A DNA stretch of 64,000 bases, from the IMG/VR virus record IMGVR_UViG_3300020213_000019; one strand, written 5' to 3'. The stretch comes from an uncultured virus (IMG/VR IMGVR_UViG_3300020213_000019) (Duplodnaviria > Heunggongvirae > Uroviricota > Caudoviricetes). Each line of letters starts with the position of its first letter. The first letter of the stretch is position 1. The notes beneath the pieces are model-generated. The model worked only from the letters and a program-made list of their open reading frames with translations, ran no database searches and was not told the origin of the DNA. Below are positions 9,981 to 19,000 of this stretch, in pieces. A program made the position numbers and the translations under genes.

Positions 9981-10001
9981 CATCCTCCCTGAGGAACTTT
10001 G

Positions 10002-12341
10002 ATGAGAAAAATAATTGTTCTCGATACTTCAGTCATAGCCTATGATCCACACAGCTTCAAGGAATTCAAAAATAGCGACCTTGTTATCCCAATAACAGTG
10101 CTTGACGAACTAGATAAGCTGAAATCTTTTGCAAACACCGCCGGTAAAAATGCGCGCATATTCATTCGTTTACTAGATACAATTTGTGAAAAAGCAGATG
10201 TAAATAAGCCTATTAAACTTGATGGAGATATTTTTCTTCGCCTCGATGCACAAGAGCGTGAAGTAAAAGTAGGCACCGATAAGAATTACGGTGACAACAA
10301 AATATTGGCAAGCGCCCTTTCGTTCCGAAAGGTCAGAGGTAAAGACCGTGAAGTTATTTTGGTATCTAGAGATATCAATCTTCGCATACGTGCAAGAACT
10401 CTTGGTATTAAAGCGGAACATTACGAGAAAGATAGAATCTCTCGCCTTGAACTATATACCGGAATGCAAACGATTACAAACGTAGATGACGGTGTCGTAC
10501 TGAACGAAACTGGAATGCTTCCATTGCAGGGAACTAAATACGATTTATTTCCACACGAGTGTGTCAATTTCGTTGATACAAACAACGATGGAGTAGCTAT
10601 TGGTAGAAAAATTGGAGACCGCATTCGTGTTGTCCAAAACCAAACGGTTTGGGGACTTGAAGCACGAAACCGCGAACAAGCATTTGCAATCAATATGTTG
10701 CTTGACCCTAAAATGCCTCTGCTGTCACTTATTGGTAAAGCAGGAACCGGTAAAGCGCAACCATTAGATGCTAAAATTTTAACACCTACTGGCTGGACTA
10801 CAATGGGAGCTATAAAGCCTGGCGATGAGGTCATTGGTGATCACGGAAAGCCAATCAAGGTCTTAGGGGTTTACCCACAAGGTAAAAAGAAGATTTTTAG
10901 AATTGAATTTTCTGATGGCTCAAGCACTGAGTCATGTGATGAGCATTTATGGCTAACTAAAACAAGTTTAGAAAGAGATCAGGGTAAACAGGGAAAAGTA
11001 AGAGAGTTATCAGAGATTAGAAGTAGCTTGCTATATGGTAAAAATGCAAAGAAAAACCACTCTATACCAATGGTACAGCCTGTTGAATTTGACCCTGTCA
11101 ACGTAGACATTGATCCCTATTTACTAGGCTTACTGCTTGGTGACGGGTCATTTAAAAATTCTATTTCAATTACCTCTGCGGATAGTGAAATAATCAATTA
11201 CTGTAAAGATGTTATTCCGTCCGAATTAAGTCTAAAAATGAAAAGCGATGGAATTAGTTATTCTATTACTAAACGGCATCGTTCTAAAAACCCTAATGTT
11301 ATATTAAATCATATAAAAAGCATGGGTCTTTTTGGTATTAGCTCGGCTGAAAAGTTCATACCACGAAATTACATGTTTAATACGAAAGCTGTTAGGCTTG
11401 CGGTTTTGCGAGGTCTTTTAGATACTGATGGGTTTTGTTCCAAATCTGGTTTTGATACTATATTTTATAGTACGTCTAAGCAACTTTCGGAAGATGTACA
11501 GTTTATCGTTCAATCTTTGGGAGGAAAGGCTGTCATTAAAAATAAGTTCACTAAATTCAAATACAAAGAATGCATAAAAGATGGCAAGCCAAGCTTTGCA
11601 GTCTATATTTCTTTGCCTTCCGACATTATACCGTTTCAGTTAACTAGAAAGAAAAATAGATTTGTTCCTCGTACTAAATACGTACCAAAAAGATACATAA
11701 CAAATGTGTCTTTTGTTGGAGAGAAAGATGCACAATGTGTGTACGTAGATTCAGTTAGTCATTTATATGTTACTGACGATTTTATCGTAACTCATAATAC
11801 ACTGATCGCTATCGCGGCAGCTCTTGAGATGGTTCTTGAACGCCGCAAGTACGATAAGGTCATCATTTACCGCCCAATACAGGCAGTAGGTAACGACGTT
11901 GGATTCCTTCCAGGAACGCTTGAAGAAAAGATGGCTCCTTGGATGGGAGCTGTAATGGATAGCTTTGAACTTCTCTTTGGATCAAAATCTAAAGATAAGT
12001 GGCAGCTTATGATGCAGCAGTACATGGAAAGAGGTCGCATTGAATTGCAACCGCTGACCTATATTCGCGGCCGAAGCATACCAAATGCTTTTATCATTGT
12101 AGACGAGGTTCAAAACCTTACTAAAGACGATGTTAAAACAATTTTGACGAGAGCTGGTTATGGAACGAAAATAGTTTTAACTGGAGACATTGAGCAAATC
12201 GATGCCGCCCAGCTAGACGCTATTAACAACGGGCTTACCTATGTCGTCGAAAAGTTCAAGAAGTCTGAACTCGCCGGTCACGTCACCTTCACAAAGGGCG
12301 AACGCAGTCCGTTGGCAACAGAAGCATCAGATCTTCTTTAA
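10002..12341 (+). CDS. phoH: PIN-domain + PhoH ATPase (PhoH2/YlaK-like), intein-containing
   Basis: PIN VLDTSV..ELDKLK..DNKIL..SRDINLR; P-loop GKAGTGK|T; YIRGRS, IVDEVQN, LTGDIEQID. Confidence 0.92.
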   Translation: MRKIIVLDTSVIAYDPHSFKEFKNSDLVIPITVLDELDKLKSFANTAGKNARIFIRLLDTICEKADVNKPIKLDGDIFLRLDAQEREVKVGTDKNYGDNKILASALSFRKVRGKDREVILVSRDINLRIRARTLGIKAEHYEKDRISRLELYTGMQTITNVDDGVVLNETGMLPLQGTKYDLFPHECVNFVDTNNDGVAIGRKIGDRIRVVQNQTVWGLEARNREQAFAINMLLDPKMPLLSLIGKAGTGKAQPLDAKILTPTGWTTMGAIKPGDEVIGDHGKPIKVLGVYPQGKKKIFRIEFSDGSSTESCDEHLWLTKTSLERDQGKQGKVRELSEIRSSLLYGKNAKKNHSIPMVQPVEFDPVNVDIDPYLLGLLLGDGSFKNSISITSADSEIINYCKDVIPSELSLKMKSDGISYSITKRHRSKNPNVILNHIKSMGLFGISSAEKFIPRNYMFNTKAVRLAVLRGLLDTDGFCSKSGFDTIFYSTSKQLSEDVQFIVQSLGGKAVIKNKFTKFKYKECIKDGKPSFAVYISLPSDIIPFQLTRKKNRFVPRTKYVPKRYITNVSFVGEKDAQCVYVDSVSHLYVTDDFIVTHNTLIAIAAALEMVLERRKYDKVIIYRPIQAVGNDVGFLPGTLEEKMAPWMGAVMDSFELLFGSKSKDKWQLMMQQYMERGRIELQPLTYIRGRSIPNAFIIVDEVQNLTKDDVKTILTRAGYGTKIVLTGDIEQIDAAQLDAINNGLTYVVEKFKKSELAGHVTFTKGERSPLATEASDLL
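10755..11798 (+). mobile_element. class 3 intein (348 aa) with LAGLIDADG endonuclease in phoH
   Basis: Starts with Ala (AQPLD), HLW block B, AQC block F, VTHN|T; LLGLLLGDGS and LRGLLDTDG. Confidence 0.9.
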
Positions 12342-12369
12342 TATCTGTTCGACGCCGTTATATGAAAGC

Positions 12370-12395
12370 GCAACGGGCCGTTTCCGGCCCGTTGC
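12370..12395. terminator. GC-rich hairpin after phoH
   Basis: GCAACGGGCCG-TTTC-CGGCCCGTTGC perfect 11-bp stem; no strong U-tract. Confidence 0.45.
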
Positions 12396-12411
12396 AAACG
12401 GAGTATTTTGA

Positions 12412-12675
12412 ATGGATAAAGAAGATAAAGATATGGCAATTCCGGAAGCGCCTGCGGCACAAGAGCGTATGCCAGATTCAGATCTATTGGCGTTAGAGCG
12501 CGCCAATACAAAGCGTCAGTTATCATTGAGTGATGCAAAAAACTCAACGTTAGCGGCCGAGGCGGCCGATATGGCTTATAAGAACCTAGTCCTTCAACTT
12601 TTTTTGAAGCATGGTCTCACAGCTGAAGACACAATTACTGTGGATGGTACTATCAATCGAAAGGTAAAGGCTTAA
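12412..12675 (+). CDS. hypothetical protein
   Basis: ORF with GGAG RBS. Confidence 0.7.
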   Translation: MDKEDKDMAIPEAPAAQERMPDSDLLALERANTKRQLSLSDAKNSTLAAEAADMAYKNLVLQLFLKHGLTAEDTITVDGTINRKVKA

Positions 12676-12676
12676 T

Positions 12677-13111
12677 ATGGAACTCCAAGAATTAGTAAAT
12701 CTCATTCATCTTCGTAGGTTTCTGCATGAGGTGCAAAACGGTTACTCTGCTATAAGCAAGGACCAGCTTCGCGGCATCAATTCCAAACTGAAGGAACTTG
12801 ATATTACCATCGTGAAGAATGCTCTCACGTCGAATCTTACGACCAAGGCATCGGTTGAGTTCACTTCTAGTGATGATGATTTTGAGACCTCCAATAGGCT
12901 TGTAGAGGAGGCTCGCAAAAAATCAGAGGCACGCAAAGCCAACATCTCAAAGGCTGGCGTTGACATTGAGAAGGCTGCTGGCGGAGTAACGCTGGCATCG
13001 GCACCACCAGACGTGGCTGAGGAAGCGCCAGTCGATGCCTCTACGCTTATGCAAAAGGCTTCTAAGGCTCCGGCAAAGCGTAAGGGTGCATTCTCTAGAA
13101 CAGAAGAATGA
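12677..13111 (+). CDS. hypothetical protein
   Basis: ORF in operon. Confidence 0.7.
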   Translation: MELQELVNLIHLRRFLHEVQNGYSAISKDQLRGINSKLKELDITIVKNALTSNLTTKASVEFTSSDDDFETSNRLVEEARKKSEARKANISKAGVDIEKAAGGVTLASAPPDVAEEAPVDASTLMQKASKAPAKRKGAFSRTEE

Positions 13112-13911
13112 AGCTATTATCCAAGCCTGGTAGTGCCGGTTCAATCGTATCTCTAAAAGGACCAGAATGGATCGGCGCGCAGCGTAGAGCTGGTTGTGCT
13201 TGTCGTGATGCCTTAGAAACTTTAGAACTAGAAGTTGCTAATGGAACGACCAGGTCATTAATAGAGCTTAGCGATTTGGCTGAATCTGTAATATTACAGC
13301 ACAGCTGCACTCCTACATTCAAAGGATACAAGGGATTTCCAGCAGCCGTTTGTATATCTGTAAACAAACAACTTGTTCATGGTATACCCAGTGATTATAG
13401 ATTGCAAGATGGTGATGTAGTTAGTTTTGATTTAGGCGCTACGTATTGTGGCGCCATCGCCGATACAGCTATTACTTGTATTTATGGTACAGCTAAGAAA
13501 GAGCACCAAGCTCTATTAGCCGCCACGTACCAATCTTTAATAGCTGGTATTCGCGCAATCAAAGTAGGACACCATCTCGGTGTTATCGGAGACGCTATTT
13601 ATCGCGTCGGGAAACAACATGGTTTGGGAGTTATTACTGAGTACGGTGGACATGGGCTCGATCTTAATACTCCTCACGCTCCACCGTTCGTACAAAACCG
13701 CTCCGCTCCAAACGAAGGAATTGTAATTCAGCCTGGTCTTACGATAGCGATCGAGCCTATGTTCGTTATCGGTGTGCCCCGGACAAGTACATTGTCAGAT
13801 AAGTGGACAGTGGTAACTGAGGATATCGGTGCTCATTTTGAACATACAGTTTTTGTGCATGTTGATCGCGTAGAGTGCATGACACTTAGAAGTAATGAAA
13901 GTGCATTATGA
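13108..13911 (+). CDS. map: methionine aminopeptidase type I
   Basis: CISVN..VHGIP, D.G...ADTA.T, GHG, IAIEPM, AHFEHTV metal ligands. Confidence 0.95.
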   Translation: MKLLSKPGSAGSIVSLKGPEWIGAQRRAGCACRDALETLELEVANGTTRSLIELSDLAESVILQHSCTPTFKGYKGFPAAVCISVNKQLVHGIPSDYRLQDGDVVSFDLGATYCGAIADTAITCIYGTAKKEHQALLAATYQSLIAGIRAIKVGHHLGVIGDAIYRVGKQHGLGVITEYGGHGLDLNTPHAPPFVQNRSAPNEGIVIQPGLTIAIEPMFVIGVPRTSTLSDKWTVVTEDIGAHFEHTVFVHVDRVECMTLRSNESAL

Positions 13912-14357
13912 AGAAAATTGCCGTTGTAACTGAAATAGGCTATGTCCTTATTACTAAGGACACGGCCAAAGATCTATTCATTCTTTTGCTTGAGAAGTTT
14001 CTTGACGGTGATAAAGAAGAGAATATAGAACTTGATTTCAGTAATACCATAACTATTGGTAATGATTTTTTTGTAGACTTCATTTCGCTGTGTAGCGAGA
14101 GCGATGTGTTTAATGTACGAAAATTGAAAGACCAAGTTATTTTTTCTGGGCTCTATATTCGTGATATTGAAAAACTTAATTATGGCCTTGTAGATTTTAC
14201 AATGTCGTACAAGCGCACTGAAGTTGAATCAAAAGCTGATGAGGTTAAAGAGAAACTTTTGAAAGCCAAGATGTCGAGTCCTGAGTTCGGAGAAGCTTTT
14301 GAACGAATAACAAAGGTTCTTGAAGGTGCATTGTCAGGATTAGGTAAGAAGCCATGA
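13908..14357 (+). CDS. STAS-like (DUF4325-like) protein
   Basis: IELDFSNTITIGNDFF pattern. Confidence 0.5.
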   Translation: MKKIAVVTEIGYVLITKDTAKDLFILLLEKFLDGDKEENIELDFSNTITIGNDFFVDFISLCSESDVFNVRKLKDQVIFSGLYIRDIEKLNYGLVDFTMSYKRTEVESKADEVKEKLLKAKMSSPEFGEAFERITKVLEGALSGLGKKP

Positions 14358-14527
14358 AAATAGTCTTTGACGATAAGAGTTATATTGACTTTCAGAAGTC
14401 ACCTGAACCGGGCAAAGTGATCGTTACTATCTTGGCCAAAGACCATCATAACGAAATGAAGAACATCGCCAACTCTGTTGAGATCTCTAAAGAAGAGCTT
14501 CTCCAGTTGGTAGAAGCTGTAAAATGA
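14354..14527 (+). CDS. small hypothetical protein (57 aa)
   Basis: Read manually: MKIVFDDKSYIDFQKS...; ATGA overlaps at both ends. Confidence 0.65.
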   Translation: MKIVFDDKSYIDFQKSPEPGKVIVTILAKDHHNEMKNIANSVEISKEELLQLVEAVK

Positions 14528-15102
14528 AGCAGCTTGGCAAACTCATTCGGGCAAAAAAAGCAGAAAAAATTTACGAAGAGGCAACCAAGCAAAACGTTTG
14601 GAAGGACCTTCGAGTTGAGTCGGTATTTGGCGGAGAAGCCATTATCACTCAACAAAAAACTATTATAACCGATAAGGAATCGGATGAAGATAATTCCAAA
14701 ATTCAGATCTTGCTTCTAAAACACAAGAAAGTATTCTACCTGAATTGTTACTCTGCTGATATGAGTTATGCAAATCCTATTTATGTATATGCGCCGTATG
14801 TTCCATTGCAGGTAACACCGAATCTATTAGCGCACACGACCATACCGGCAGGCACGACTATTACGATACCGCCTGGTAATCATACTGTTGGAAGCACAGT
14901 AACACTAGGTAGCACTATTATATTGAAGGCGCGCTCGGTTGGGGGAACTACTATAAATGCCGCCATTAATTCATGGTCTTCTCGTTCTGCTTGGAACGGC
15001 CCAACGCATATGAGAGGCTTCCGCATTTTTATTGCGGCCAAAGAAGAAAAAGTTATCATCCATAAGCTCAGTCGAGCTTTGAAGTATGATTTCATGTTGT
15101 AA
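14524..15102 (+). CDS. hypothetical protein with capsid-like and terminase-like peptides, tail KYDFML
   Basis: YVYAPYVPLQVTP and IILKARSVGGTT. Confidence 0.65.
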   Translation: MKQLGKLIRAKKAEKIYEEATKQNVWKDLRVESVFGGEAIITQQKTIITDKESDEDNSKIQILLLKHKKVFYLNCYSADMSYANPIYVYAPYVPLQVTPNLLAHTTIPAGTTITIPPGNHTVGSTVTLGSTIILKARSVGGTTINAAINSWSSRSAWNGPTHMRGFRIFIAAKEEKVIIHKLSRALKYDFML

Positions 15103-15109
15103 GGTAAGC

Positions 15110-15468
15110 TTAAATGTTAAAAGGAATGCTCGAAGCCAAAGGCTTCGAGGTATCTAAAGGAAATATAGCGGATGCATCTTGGGGCAACTTTGTTGCCCTC
15201 TTAACCTACAGGCTGAAAGTGCCGGTAGGACCTTGATCAAGGTGAATCCAAAGAACACGTCGAAGACGTGTTCTTGTTGTGGAAATATTAATAAACTCTT
15301 AACCTTACGAGATAGAGTTTATATTGCGATGCCTGCGGCATCGCCATTGATAGAGATATTAATGCAGCAATAAATGTTAGAAGGCTCGGGACGAGCCTTG
15401 CGATATCCGGCGAAATAAATTCGCCGGATATTTTCAGAAGCCTCGCCCTTTAGGGCGAGGTAGTTCAC
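15110..15468 (+). mobile_element. 5'-truncated, frameshifted tnpB element remnant (copy 3)
   Basis: Matches tnpB 3' end with 1-nt indels (ACCTACAGG vs ACCTACAAGG); both right-end hairpins and GTAGTTCAC retained. Confidence 0.92.
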
Positions 15469-15514
15469 TCAACGTTCCTTCAGTGAAGCCGTGATTTAGT
15501 AATACGATATATTA

Positions 15515-15562
15515 AATAGTGCCCTGCTACAATTTAGGCATTTGTGGTAGCAGGGCGCTATT
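15515..15562 (+). promoter_or_regulatory. hairpin immediately upstream of structural gene start
   Basis: GCCCTGCTAC / GTAGCAGGGC perfect stem, extended by AATAGT/GCTATT, ending just before ATG 15565. Confidence 0.45.
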
Positions 15563-15564
15563 AA

Positions 15565-17865
15565 ATGAGTACACTTTATCCATCAGAAATAGACACCATT
15601 ATAAATCTGCCAGACGTTACCGATTTGGTGACGCCTGTTTCGGCATCTAAACTTAATGTAATTAGGGATGCCTTACTGGCCGTTGAAGGGGAAATGGGCG
15701 TTGAGCCGAGTGGCGTTTATACGACCATTCGTGCTCGTTTGGATGCGTTGGAGGCGGGTCTTAATGTAGCTTTCACGGCAGCAGGAGATCTTAGTGGTAA
15801 CGATCTTTCTCAAATCGTTGTTGGATTTCAAGGAAACCCAATCTCTGCCAGCGTTCCGCTTACTAAGAATATACTTCAGTGGACCGGGCTAGAGTGGGAA
15901 CCACAGGCGCCAATCGTAAGCATCTTAACGTGCGATGACATTGCCGCGCGAAACGCCATTTCCATACACTATCGTTACGAAGGCCTTATCGTTTACGTTC
16001 TGAATGATGGCGGAGCAGTCGCTAGGTATTATAAGCTAGGCTCAGGTCTCACCAATTTAGACTGGAGCATTTCCAATTTTGTTGATCCTAACGAAGATAT
16101 TATAACGACTGGAATCGTTCAATCTGGCGCCGTACTGACCGGATTGGTCAACGGAACATCCGTAATATCTCCGTTGTTTACATTTGCTGGTAAATCAATT
16201 TGGGAAGGCATCGACCCCCCGGGCGCGTCTGTATCGAATACTGGCGAAGGTATCATCTATTTCGATCTATCTGAGGGTCGATTCAAAATTTCTCAGGATG
16301 GTGGTGCCTATACGGACCTCGTTTCCGGCGTCTACACGGCCGCAGGAGACCTTTCCGGTAACAGCTCTAGTCAGGTAGTCGAGAAGATACACGGAGCTGT
16401 TGTGCCGGTTGCTGGCGCTCTTACGACCGGTCACGTACTAACGGTAACGAACGTCGCCGATTTGACGTACGCATTCCTTGTAGATGCAAACGTAGACGCC
16501 TCGGCGGCCATTGCCGGGACTAAAATATCACCAGATTTCGGGGCCCAAAATATAGCTACCACCGGCATGTTAACGGCCGGTAAAGCCGTACTTGGTACGG
16601 ATCCGTCAACGACCGGTGACATCAGGCTTCCAAACGCATCAACAATCAGCATTCGTGCTGGCGGATTAGGCGCGGATCTTGTTGCCGTTTCGTCAAGCGC
16701 ATCTAATGAGTTGTTTATCGGCGGAAATAACGCTTACGGTGCTCAGTTTGCTACCTTACGAGCTTATACCAGCACATCAGCTGCATTCGGAATAGGAAGC
16801 ACAGATTACATCACGTTCGATGGAAGCGCCGGAGTATCTCTGCATGGTAACGCAGCTATTGGTGATGTAACGCCAGCCTACGGCAGTGGTACCGGAGTTC
16901 TGTTTGTAGGTGACGCTACGGTAGTTCCATCAAGCGATCCGACTGACGGAAGCATTGTTTACAGCAAGCTAGGCACACTAAAGGCTCGTCAAGAAGATGG
17001 AACGATAATTGACGTTGAGAACCATAACATTAGTGCTAATGGATTTCGTTTGAGTTTAACTACAGACGTTCCATTTACGAGTGCTGACGTTACGGCAGCA
17101 TCTACCCTTTATATGACGCCATTTACTGGCGGAAGAATATCTTTATACAATGGAACGAGCTGGGTTATGATGACCACGGCTCAAATATCTCTAACGTTAA
17201 CTGGATTGACGTCAGGAAAAAATTACGACGTATTCGCATCTCAATCTGGTACAACAGTAGTCCTATCTCTAGGCGCTGCCTGGACTAATGATACGACAAG
17301 AGCGACAGCTATAGTATATCAAGATGGTGTTTTAGTTTATACATCTGATCATACGAAAAGATACATTGGCACGATCCGCACTACCAACACTACAACGACT
17401 GAAGACAGCGTAGCAAAACGTTTTGTTTGGAACTATTACAATAGGGTTGTTAGAACACTGGCTCGTTATGAAACGACCGATACATGGAATACAGTATCTA
17501 CTACATTTTTGGCAGCTAATGCCAACTCGGCTAATTGTTTTGAGTTTGTAACAGGTGAGATGGAATTAGTTACAGCTAAAGTTAGTACAATGTACTATAC
17601 CACCTTCGGGGCGATGGGTGTAGCTGTTGGAATCGGCGTCGATTCTACAACAGTCAGTTCCGCTTCTCTTCAAGGAGGCGCAACAAACGCAAGTACATAT
17701 CACCTAATATCATGTGACTATTCTGAATACCCAACTGTAGGATATCATAAGTTTACATGGTTGGAGCGCGTTGGTGGCGGAGGGGCCTCTACAACGACAT
17801 GGTATGGTGACGGAGGCGTTCCAACGTATTGGAAGTTTGGAATGATCGGAACTGTTCGTGGATAA
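15565..17865 (+). CDS. putative tail fibre / virion structural protein
   Basis: G/T/S/A-rich, AAGDLSG repeats, N-terminus shared with 20991-22328. Confidence 0.7.
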   Translation: MSTLYPSEIDTIINLPDVTDLVTPVSASKLNVIRDALLAVEGEMGVEPSGVYTTIRARLDALEAGLNVAFTAAGDLSGNDLSQIVVGFQGNPISASVPLTKNILQWTGLEWEPQAPIVSILTCDDIAARNAISIHYRYEGLIVYVLNDGGAVARYYKLGSGLTNLDWSISNFVDPNEDIITTGIVQSGAVLTGLVNGTSVISPLFTFAGKSIWEGIDPPGASVSNTGEGIIYFDLSEGRFKISQDGGAYTDLVSGVYTAAGDLSGNSSSQVVEKIHGAVVPVAGALTTGHVLTVTNVADLTYAFLVDANVDASAAIAGTKISPDFGAQNIATTGMLTAGKAVLGTDPSTTGDIRLPNASTISIRAGGLGADLVAVSSSASNELFIGGNNAYGAQFATLRAYTSTSAAFGIGSTDYITFDGSAGVSLHGNAAIGDVTPAYGSGTGVLFVGDATVVPSSDPTDGSIVYSKLGTLKARQEDGTIIDVENHNISANGFRLSLTTDVPFTSADVTAASTLYMTPFTGGRISLYNGTSWVMMTTAQISLTLTGLTSGKNYDVFASQSGTTVVLSLGAAWTNDTTRATAIVYQDGVLVYTSDHTKRYIGTIRTTNTTTTEDSVAKRFVWNYYNRVVRTLARYETTDTWNTVSTTFLAANANSANCFEFVTGEMELVTAKVSTMYYTTFGAMGVAVGIGVDSTTVSSASLQGGATNASTYHLISCDYSEYPTVGYHKFTWLERVGGGGASTTTWYGDGGVPTYWKFGMIGTVRG

Positions 17866-17874
17866 GGATTTATA

Positions 17875-18999
17875 ATGGCGTCAGAATATACAATGCGCGG
17901 ATTCAAAACTTCGTCTCCGACGAAGTACGTGTACTGGACATCAGTAGGCTCGGCCGATATGGTCGGGACCTATTCTGGCTATGATCCGTCTGAGCTGACA
18001 TCGATTGCAGTCGATTACGTAACTTCACCAGATCAGATACCAGTACTTACTCCAATTGATGTTCTTGCTGCTGGCGGGGATCTTTCCGGAACATATCCTA
18101 ATCCAACTGTAATTGCTATACAGGGTAACACTATAGACCAGGCCGCACCATCTAACGGCGATGTTTTGACTTGGAACTCTGCCACCCTTCCTTCTGGTGC
18201 GTGGGAGCCGAGCGCTGGTGGCGGTGGTGGCACCCCTGGTGGTAGCGATACCCAAGTTCAGTTCAATGATTCATCTGCTTTTGGTGGTGATGCGGGATTA
18301 ACATACAATAAGACAACTAATGTCTTATCAATTAGCGATGCATTAGCTATTGGAGCTGCGCCATCCACAACCGGAACAATACGAGTACCAGGTAGTGTAA
18401 TATTCAATACACGCAATTTCGACGACACAGCCAATACCACTGTTTTTTCTAAAGATACCGGAACCGGTGCTGATTATTTATTCATTGGATTTAATGGGTC
18501 AGGTGGCGGATTTGCAACGCCTATGGACAGCATTATTACTGGTGCTAATACCAACTTATTTTTCTCTGTCGGTGGAACTACTTATTTAACTTTAAATAAC
18601 TCTGCTATAACTATTGGTGTTCAAAAAACAATTGAATCTACTGCCACCTATGGACATTTTGTAACTGAACTTAAAGAAGTTACGACTGCTGATGCGACTA
18701 TAACGGACATACATACTTGGACAATAACAGATGAGGCTACCACTATAGCTGACGTTGTACTTTCTGCGGTTTCAGATGATGGCGTTACTTCAGATGGATG
18801 GAAGGGTACCATAATGTTTAATAGAGATGGTGGGACAGTTACGGCTACCACGCCAATAACAACGCAATTAGGAGCGTCTGCATTAGTATTTACGTTAGAT
18901 AACTCAACCTCAACAGGACGTGTTCGTGTAACCGGTATAGCGGCAACCAATATTAGATGGGTAGCTACTGTTAGATTACAAGTAACCACGACAACATAA
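17875..18999 (+). CDS. putative tail fibre-like protein
   Basis: GGDLSGTYPNPTV and PGGSDTQVQFND..FGGD fibre motifs. Confidence 0.7.
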   Translation: MASEYTMRGFKTSSPTKYVYWTSVGSADMVGTYSGYDPSELTSIAVDYVTSPDQIPVLTPIDVLAAGGDLSGTYPNPTVIAIQGNTIDQAAPSNGDVLTWNSATLPSGAWEPSAGGGGGTPGGSDTQVQFNDSSAFGGDAGLTYNKTTNVLSISDALAIGAAPSTTGTIRVPGSVIFNTRNFDDTANTTVFSKDTGTGADYLFIGFNGSGGGFATPMDSIITGANTNLFFSVGGTTYLTLNNSAITIGVQKTIESTATYGHFVTELKEVTTADATITDIHTWTITDEATTIADVVLSAVSDDGVTSDGWKGTIMFNRDGGTVTATTPITTQLGASALVFTLDNSTSTGRVRVTGIAATNIRWVATVRLQVTTTT

Positions 19000-19000
19000 C

